A stretch of DNA of 64,000 bases, taken from the NCBI GenBank assembly GCA_963815095.1, contig CAWFFH010000004.1:231790-295789 (forward strand), given 5' to 3'. The notes under the pieces were generated by a model that saw only the letters and a program-made list of their open reading frames with translations, did no database searches and was not told the DNA's origin. Below, piece by piece: positions 58,040 to 64,000 of this stretch. Position 1 is the first letter of the stretch. The number at the start of each line of letters is the position of its first letter. Source of the stretch: Candidatus Bathyarchaeota archaeon. GTDB lineage: Archaea > Thermoproteota > Bathyarchaeia > Bathyarchaeales > Bathycorpusculaceae. The translations under genes and the position numbers were made by a program.

Positions 58040-58726
58040 ATGCACATACCTGATGGATATCTGACCCCATACGTCTTCATACCCGCATTTATAATAACTA
58101 TAATTTTCTGGGCAATATGCCTCAAAAAAGTCAAACTCACCGAAAAACAAGTCCCTATAATGGGCTTGCTAACCGCTCTTTTCTTTGCGGCAATGATGAT
58201 GAATTGGCCTGTCGTTGGCGGAACCACTGCACACTTGCTTGGCGGAGCCTCAATGGGTCTAATACTTGGACCTTTCGCAGGCGGCATCTCAGTAACCATA
58301 ATCCTAGTCTTACAAGCTTTTCTTTTTGGCGACGGCGGATTAACCACTCTTGGCGCAAATGTCTTAAACATGGGCATAATCGGCGTACTCGTGCCCTGCG
58401 CAATATTCTGGGTACTAAACAAATTGGTTGGAACAAAAGGCAACAAATTATACGCTATTATTTTTGTTTCTGCGTTCGCAGGTGACTTACTCGCGGCTGT
58501 TGCGGCAGGCACAGAACTTGGTCTCTCTCAGCCAGTGTTCCAGTATGGACTAAATGTAGCAATACCCGCCATGGCATTGAATCATTCCATAATAGGCGTA
58601 GGTGAAGGCATCATAACAATGATTCTAGTAGGCACATTGCTGAAATTACGGCCAGATGTCTTGCAGCAAAGCCCAATCTTAAAACGACTCTCTTTTTTCC
58701 AAAACGAGGAAGATGCTAAGGAGTGA
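58040..58726 (+). CDS. cbiM: ECF Ni/Co transporter substrate-binding component CbiM/NikM
   Basis: MHIPDGYL metal-binding N-terminus; GTTAHLLG and GDGGLTTLGAN. Confidence 0.93.
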   Translation: MHIPDGYLTPYVFIPAFIITIIFWAICLKKVKLTEKQVPIMGLLTALFFAAMMMNWPVVGGTTAHLLGGASMGLILGPFAGGISVTIILVLQAFLFGDGGLTTLGANVLNMGIIGVLVPCAIFWVLNKLVGTKGNKLYAIIFVSAFAGDLLAAVAAGTELGLSQPVFQYGLNVAIPAMALNHSIIGVGEGIITMILVGTLLKLRPDVLQQSPILKRLSFFQNEEDAKE

Positions 58727-59024
58727 GATGAAAAAGTTGGCGCCAATATCTACCAAAAAAACGGTTCTAATCGTGCTGACACTGGCTATGATCTTTGTTT
58801 TGGTCGGTGTCTTCGTGTTGTCTTTCTCTTTTGAAACTTTGGATAAGCAAGCCGGCAAACTTGGGGCAGAAGAAAAACCTGTGTACAAGGCGCCGTTTGC
58901 AGACTATAACATTCCAGGATTAGATAATATTTGGGGAGCTCTTATCGTCGGCGTTGGCGGGACTCTGCTATTGTTAGTTATGGGTTTAATATTAGCCAAA
59001 ATCATGCGCAGGAAAAAGAGTTAA
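58713..59024 (+). CDS. NikN/PDGLE-like ECF component
   Basis: Two TM segments around YKAPFADYNIPG. Confidence 0.8.
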   Translation: MLRSEMKKLAPISTKKTVLIVLTLAMIFVLVGVFVLSFSFETLDKQAGKLGAEEKPVYKAPFADYNIPGLDNIWGALIVGVGGTLLLLVMGLILAKIMRRKKS

Positions 59025-59842
59025 TGCGCATGAGGGTTCCTCAATCTTTAAGAGATTTAGTTGAAAGTTCGGAGTCACTAGTATACGTTGAAGACTTAAG
59101 CAGCAAACCTGGATTAATGCAAAGCTTAAATCCACTCATCAACCTGATCGTTGTAGTCTTCATGATAGTGGCGTCCATTTTCATCTTCTCCCTTTCATAC
59201 TTAGCATTAATCTGTGTAATACCCTTCATTTTAGCTCTGGCATCAAAAATTCCACTAAGACACTTTATTGCAAGAACAATCTTTATTCCCGCATTTGCAG
59301 CCTTAATTTCTGTGCCCGTATTATTCATAACTCCGGGGTACCCAATCTTTTCAACAAATATAACCGTTTTAAATTTGGCAATTACTACAGAAGGTTTGGT
59401 GCGCTTTCTAGTATTTTCAGTTCGAGTATGGTTCTGCGTAGCCTCTCTGAGTCTTCTAATCCTTGCCACAGGCTTTGACAAAATGCTAAAACTACTTTCT
59501 TCTATGAAAGTTCCTCCGCTAATCGTACAAATGTTTGGTCTCACATATCGCTACTTCTTTGTATCCGTCCACGAAGCACAGAGCTTCCTAATCGCTAAAG
59601 AAGCCCGAACATATGTACATAGGCGAACAATGAATTATCAAGCCCTCAAAGACTTTGCATCTATACTTGCCACGTTATTTATCCGAACATACGAGCGCTC
59701 TGAGAGAGTTTACCTCGCAATGAAGTCACGGGGCTTTAGCATGGAAAATAATGCTAAATTAAAGTTGCCAGCATTTAGAGTTCGGGATGCTTTCTTTGCA
59801 TTATCGATAATAGCTACATTTGCCTTACTCTTCCTGCTTTAG
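59024..59842 (+). CDS. cbiQ: ECF transporter T component CbiQ/NikQ
   Basis: YRY, LFIRTYERSERVYLAMKSRG; likely start is ATG 59024. Confidence 0.9.
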   Translation: MRMRVPQSLRDLVESSESLVYVEDLSSKPGLMQSLNPLINLIVVVFMIVASIFIFSLSYLALICVIPFILALASKIPLRHFIARTIFIPAFAALISVPVLFITPGYPIFSTNITVLNLAITTEGLVRFLVFSVRVWFCVASLSLLILATGFDKMLKLLSSMKVPPLIVQMFGLTYRYFFVSVHEAQSFLIAKEARTYVHRRTMNYQALKDFASILATLFIRTYERSERVYLAMKSRGFSMENNAKLKLPAFRVRDAFFALSIIATFALLFLL

Positions 59843-59853
59843 AGGATCACTAT

Positions 59854-60684
59854 ATGTCTGAGCCAATCGTTTCAGTAAAAAATGTCGAGTTTACTTATCC
59901 AGCAGGTGTTAGCACCGCTTTAAAAGGTGTATCGCTTGAAGTTAATCAAGGGGAACGCGTGGCTTTACTTGGCCCAAATGGCTCTGGAAAATCAACCCTA
60001 ATTCTTCTAATAGCCGGCTTATTAACTCCCGAAAGGGGACAAATCAGTGTTTTTGGAGAAAAAACGGTCTCAAAAAACTTCGATAAATTCAGATCTCGAA
60101 TAGGCATTGTTTTCCAAGACCCCGATGACCAACTTTTTACTCCCAGCGTAAAAGAAGATATCGAATATGGCCCCAAAAACCTTGGATTACCCGCAGAAGT
60201 TATCAGTGAAAGATGTGACCATATTCTTGAGGACATCGGCATAAGTGATTTGAAAGATCGCCCTCCGCATAGGCTAAGTTTTGGAGAAAAGAAAAAAGTA
60301 TCATTGGCAACTGCCTTGATCTTAAGACCTGAATTGCTTATACTTGACGAACCTACCGCAAATTTGGATTTGGTTTCCAGAAGAGGACTTATCGATTTGC
60401 TAAATGAACTAAACGCCGAGGGAACTACCATTGTCATTTCCACTCATGATGTGGAGGCGCTACCAGAACTTGCAGACCGAGTAATCGTTGTTAGTCACGG
60501 GGCATTGCTTGGGGGCGGAGAAATGCATAAGGTTCTGCAGAATGTAGCTTTGCTTGAATCCGCTGGCCTTGAACTGCCTTCTATCGCGAGACTTTTTACT
60601 AAGCTCAAGGACTTAGGGTTAGTTAATGAAGTTCCTATCACCTATGAAGAAGCGCAAAGCCTACTACAAAAAGAGCTTAAGTAA
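59854..60684 (+). CDS. cbiO: ECF transporter ATPase CbiO/NikO
   Basis: GPNGSGKST, FQDPDDQLF, LSFGEKK and LDEPT. Confidence 0.93.
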   Translation: MSEPIVSVKNVEFTYPAGVSTALKGVSLEVNQGERVALLGPNGSGKSTLILLIAGLLTPERGQISVFGEKTVSKNFDKFRSRIGIVFQDPDDQLFTPSVKEDIEYGPKNLGLPAEVISERCDHILEDIGISDLKDRPPHRLSFGEKKKVSLATALILRPELLILDEPTANLDLVSRRGLIDLLNELNAEGTTIVISTHDVEALPELADRVIVVSHGALLGGGEMHKVLQNVALLESAGLELPSIARLFTKLKDLGLVNEVPITYEEAQSLLQKELK

Positions 60685-60754
60685 GAAATTAACATATCAA
60701 AATTTAGGTAGCTTTAAAAGTATTGAGAATATCGTGCTTAAAGGTTGAAAGTTC

Positions 60755-62014
60755 ATGCCTCTGGAAAGTCACAATAATCCATATGACAAACTCGAACATT
60801 GGCCACCAATGACATACAGAAACCACTCAACCATCAGTTCTGAGACTAAAAATGCCTTTATGAGCCTCATTGAGACAGAAAACAAATCCAACCATAACAT
60901 GGAATTGCAGCCGTGGATCCCATTCTGTGACGGCAAATGCACCTTCTGCTATTTCCCAGTAAACTGCGAAAAGCAAAACATCGAATTATATGTGGAAGCG
61001 CTAAAAAAAGCGTTGAACTTCTATGCTGAAAGCCTATATGTTAAATCAAGCACATTCAGCGAATTTTACATAGGCGGAGGAAGCCCATCTGTTCTCTCCA
61101 AAGATCAAATAGAAGAAATTCTCCACTTTTGCAGAGAAAAATTCAGTTTCAATCCCAACTCTACCACGAAGTTTACTGCATGCACCAATAATCTTACTGA
61201 AGAAAAAATCCGACTTTTTTCCTCGAATGCAGTTGACCAATTAGACATAGGCATCCAAACCTTTGACGAGAGTCTTCGCAAGATTCTCATGCTTCGTGAT
61301 AGTAGCACTAAGGCAAAACAAAAACTCAAAGAAGTCAAAAAACACGGAGTGCATGTTAGCATTGACCTGCTCTACAACCTCCCAGGGCAAACGGTTGAAC
61401 AATGGAGAGAAGACCTAAAACGATCGGTTGAACTAGATCTGGAAAGCGTTGACTGTTATCCATTGGAGTTATACCCTGGCACGCCTCTTTCAAACATGAT
61501 TGCTAAAGGAGAACTGCCTCCAGCAAATGGCGATGCTATAGAGCTTGAAATGTACCTCGAAGCGTATCGTTTCTTCAAGGAAAACGGTTACGCACCAACT
61601 TGTCATAACAGGTTTTCAAAGCTTAAAGAAGACTTCAACAAACCTTCTGCCGAAGTAATTGGAACAGGCGCGGGCTTTTTCATGGGACGTTTAGGTAGCT
61701 ACCTATATTCGGACATAGAGAACGTTGAAGAATACATCTCAAAGGTTCAAAATGGAGAGTTGCCAATTTCAAAACTTGTTAAGCTCTCCTTGGAAGATGA
61801 GCTGAGAACAGCGATGATGATGATTTATGTCCATGTTCCAGTAGATCGAGAGGAATTCAAATCTCAGTTCGGAAAGTTTCCAGAAGAAGCATTTCCAGAC
61901 GCCATTGATAAACTTCAACAAAATGGGTTAATCAAAGTGGAAGATGGTAAAATAAGACTGACTGAGAAAGGTGACCCTTGGAGATTCAATATTGCGTGGG
62001 AGTTCTTTAAGTAA
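60755..62014 (+). CDS. HemN-like radical SAM protein
   Basis: IPFCDGKCTFCYF, YIGGGSPS, GIQTFD and DLLYNLPGQT. Confidence 0.88.
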   Translation: MPLESHNNPYDKLEHWPPMTYRNHSTISSETKNAFMSLIETENKSNHNMELQPWIPFCDGKCTFCYFPVNCEKQNIELYVEALKKALNFYAESLYVKSSTFSEFYIGGGSPSVLSKDQIEEILHFCREKFSFNPNSTTKFTACTNNLTEEKIRLFSSNAVDQLDIGIQTFDESLRKILMLRDSSTKAKQKLKEVKKHGVHVSIDLLYNLPGQTVEQWREDLKRSVELDLESVDCYPLELYPGTPLSNMIAKGELPPANGDAIELEMYLEAYRFFKENGYAPTCHNRFSKLKEDFNKPSAEVIGTGAGFFMGRLGSYLYSDIENVEEYISKVQNGELPISKLVKLSLEDELRTAMMMIYVHVPVDREEFKSQFGKFPEEAFPDAIDKLQQNGLIKVEDGKIRLTEKGDPWRFNIAWEFFK

Positions 62015-62030
62015 GGGTTTGGACAGATTT

Positions 62031-62360
62031 CTACCGCTTAGGGTTAGCAACAATCCATTTTACGTTATCAAACCCATACTTTGACAACAGCGGCGCCAAA
62101 AAATTTGGCAGAACCTCATCCGCTACCTCGCCCAAAACCACGGTGTCGCCTTCCTTATAGACCAATGCCACACAGAAGGCATCTTGTTGGTATTCGTATT
62201 TAGATTGGATTTGACAGTACTCTTCTATGCCTTTGCCTTTCTCGATTGTCCAGACGCATTTGCCGTTTGGTGTTTCTTCTTCAAATGTGTTGAATACACG
62301 GACGACTTCAGCTACCGTGTTTGGAGTTTGGGCTGTTTTGACGCAGAACCAGATTGTCAT
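62031..62360 (-). CDS. Hypothetical protein
   Basis: 109-aa ATG ORF with its own upstream region. Confidence 0.65.
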   Translation of the reverse strand: MTIWFCVKTAQTPNTVAEVVRVFNTFEEETPNGKCVWTIEKGKGIEEYCQIQSKYEYQQDAFCVALVYKEGDTVVLGEVADEVLPNFLAPLLSKYGFDNVKWIVANPKR

Positions 62361-62638
62361 GTAATCCCTACCGCCAATAGAGTTGACCGGCTTATTTGTT
62401 TTCCTATCAAACCGATTTTTGCTTTCAAAAGAGGTCTTTACGTAACGGTTACTTTTTCTTTTCCTTAGTTACTTTTCTAAAGTGCGCACTCTTTCGTACG
62501 TCTTTTGGTATAGAATTTGACGCTGTAAGAAAATTGCTTTAATTGCCCTATTGAATAGGTGTTTCAATAGACATTCCTTTGTATTTGGTGCTTAGAAATA
62601 ATCTATTTTAGAATTCGATTCAAATTTCAAAGACTTTT

Positions 62639-63976
62639 CTAATACTCCAAGAAATCAGCTTTGACACTTGACGTTGTCTTTTGGGCTTTCAGTTCTTCAG
62701 TAGTGTACTCTTTAATTATGCCATGGATGCCTTTGCTTATTACCCACATGAAGATATATGATAATACAAAGACCGTGATGACAACTACTGGAATAGCTAG
62801 TAATTGAAGCCCGAGTTGATGCAAAGCAGTCATCCCGCCGCCGAAAAATATGCCGTTTGAAAGACCAAACCCACCTCCGAAATCCGCAAATGACTTCTGT
62901 GTAAAAAACGCAACCATAATGAAACCAAATATGCCACCTAAAAAGTGCCCTGGAAACAGACCAACTGGATCGGTAAACCATTTAACTCGCTGGAAAAGTT
63001 TCTCACCTAAAATAAACAAAATTGACCCCAATATTCCCAGAATAACCGCACTTTGAGGACCTACATATCCCGCAACAGGGGTTATGACGATTAAACCTAT
63101 GAGAATACCATTTGCTGCATACATTATACTTGGCATTTTCTTTATCTCAAGGTACTTAAAAAACATTGTAAACAAAAAGCTGGTCGCTGCAGCCAGAAAA
63201 GTGATCATGACTACAATGTAGGATTGAATATTTAGTGCTAAAGTGCTTCCCGGATTGAAACCAAACCATCCTAACCAAAGAAGAAGAATTGACAGAGATA
63301 ACCATGGCGTGTTAGGCTTAGGTTTTATTTGCGGGCTTTCCCGGAAGCCTTTCTTTTTTTCTTCCTGCCAGATTTTAAGAACAATGGCTAACCCTGCTGC
63401 TCCTGCTGCTCCATGGACAACTAATCCGCCTGCAAAGTCTCTTACGCCTAATACGTAAAGCCACCCCTGTGGGTTCCATATCCAGGCTGCTGGCAATGCC
63501 CAAATGAGGATGAAGTAAGGAATTGAATAAAGAATGAACGCTTCCAGCTTCATTTTTCTTAAAACAACCACACCGACCAATGCAAGGGTTACCGTCGCGA
63601 AGGCTGTTTCAAAGAAAAAATAAGAAGGAAGAGTAACTGAATTGTTAAAATATTGTGGACCCATTGACCACCAAACTTGCGTAAATATATCTGCAGAATT
63701 ACTTTGGAAGCCTCCCATGAATGGAAAATTGTACAGCGGATTACCCATTAAGCCCCCGCCTATTGCAGGTGCAAAAGCCACGCTAAAGCCGATAAATGCC
63801 ATGAAGAAGAAGCCTGAACACGATATCATAATATTTTTCATTAAGGCTCTGTTGGCGCCTCTGCCAAGTTCGCCTCTCTCAAGTATTCCTACTGAAATAG
63901 TCATGATAAAAACTAGGACTCCGCATATCAAGACCCAGAGATTATTGAATAGGTTTTCTGTAGGAAGAGCTGACAT
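62639..63976 (-). CDS. amt: Ammonium transporter
   Basis: DFAGGLVVH, WLGWFGFNPGS and DPVGLFPGH (both channel His present). Confidence 0.93.
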   Translation of the reverse strand: MSALPTENLFNNLWVLICGVLVFIMTISVGILERGELGRGANRALMKNIMISCSGFFFMAFIGFSVAFAPAIGGGLMGNPLYNFPFMGGFQSNSADIFTQVWWSMGPQYFNNSVTLPSYFFFETAFATVTLALVGVVVLRKMKLEAFILYSIPYFILIWALPAAWIWNPQGWLYVLGVRDFAGGLVVHGAAGAAGLAIVLKIWQEEKKKGFRESPQIKPKPNTPWLSLSILLLWLGWFGFNPGSTLALNIQSYIVVMITFLAAATSFLFTMFFKYLEIKKMPSIMYAANGILIGLIVITPVAGYVGPQSAVILGILGSILFILGEKLFQRVKWFTDPVGLFPGHFLGGIFGFIMVAFFTQKSFADFGGGFGLSNGIFFGGGMTALHQLGLQLLAIPVVVITVFVLSYIFMWVISKGIHGIIKEYTTEELKAQKTTSSVKADFLEY

Positions 63977-64000
63977 CTTTATCCATCCATAAATCTACTT

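Noticed and set aside
62548-62570. CTATTGAA-N7-TTCAATAG inverted repeat
   Set aside because: AT-rich and just downstream of amt; most simply a terminator-region hairpin or chance.
1-64000. CRISPR array, rRNA, transposase or integrase
   Set aside because: No regularly spaced repeats, rRNA-like tracts or recombinase/transposase motifs were seen.

Overview
Archaeal chromosomal window from a low-GC genome. It is most consistent with Bathyarchaeia (inferred from TBP, pelota, TFS, a CdvB/ESCRT-III homolog, Cren7-like proteins, the PolB2 cassette, methanofuran genes and a PEF-CTERM family fragment). Core content: a radA-like/arCOG07300-like/polB2 cassette running off the left edge, proBA, K+-independent hppA, pelota, tbp, a tRNA thiolase, AK6, RNase P RNA, tfs, a near-complete methanofuran cluster (mfnBADFE plus a divergent HisA-like gene), tRNA-Phe(GAA), tRNA-Val(CAC), an ECF Ni/Co transporter with a NikR-type operator, a HemN-like radical SAM enzyme and amt. 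Accessory stretches (about 2-7, 23-42 and 51-57 kb) hold many microproteins missed by the ORF track, two orphan PAS kinases and several disrupted genes. The most novel signal is non-coding. Several intergenic, GC-enriched fold-back elements start about 25 nt after a TATA box, pair their 5' and 3' ends, and expose C-rich (UCCC-like) loops. Two of them (19715-19789, 37779-37841) share the core TGAAACCTT-loop-AAGG-N2-CA(A)TCCC inside perfect 13-bp outer stems of unrelated sequence, which suggests an undescribed small-RNA family. No CRISPR array, rRNA, integrase or transposase was seen. All calls are by eye; no database searches or folding programs were run.
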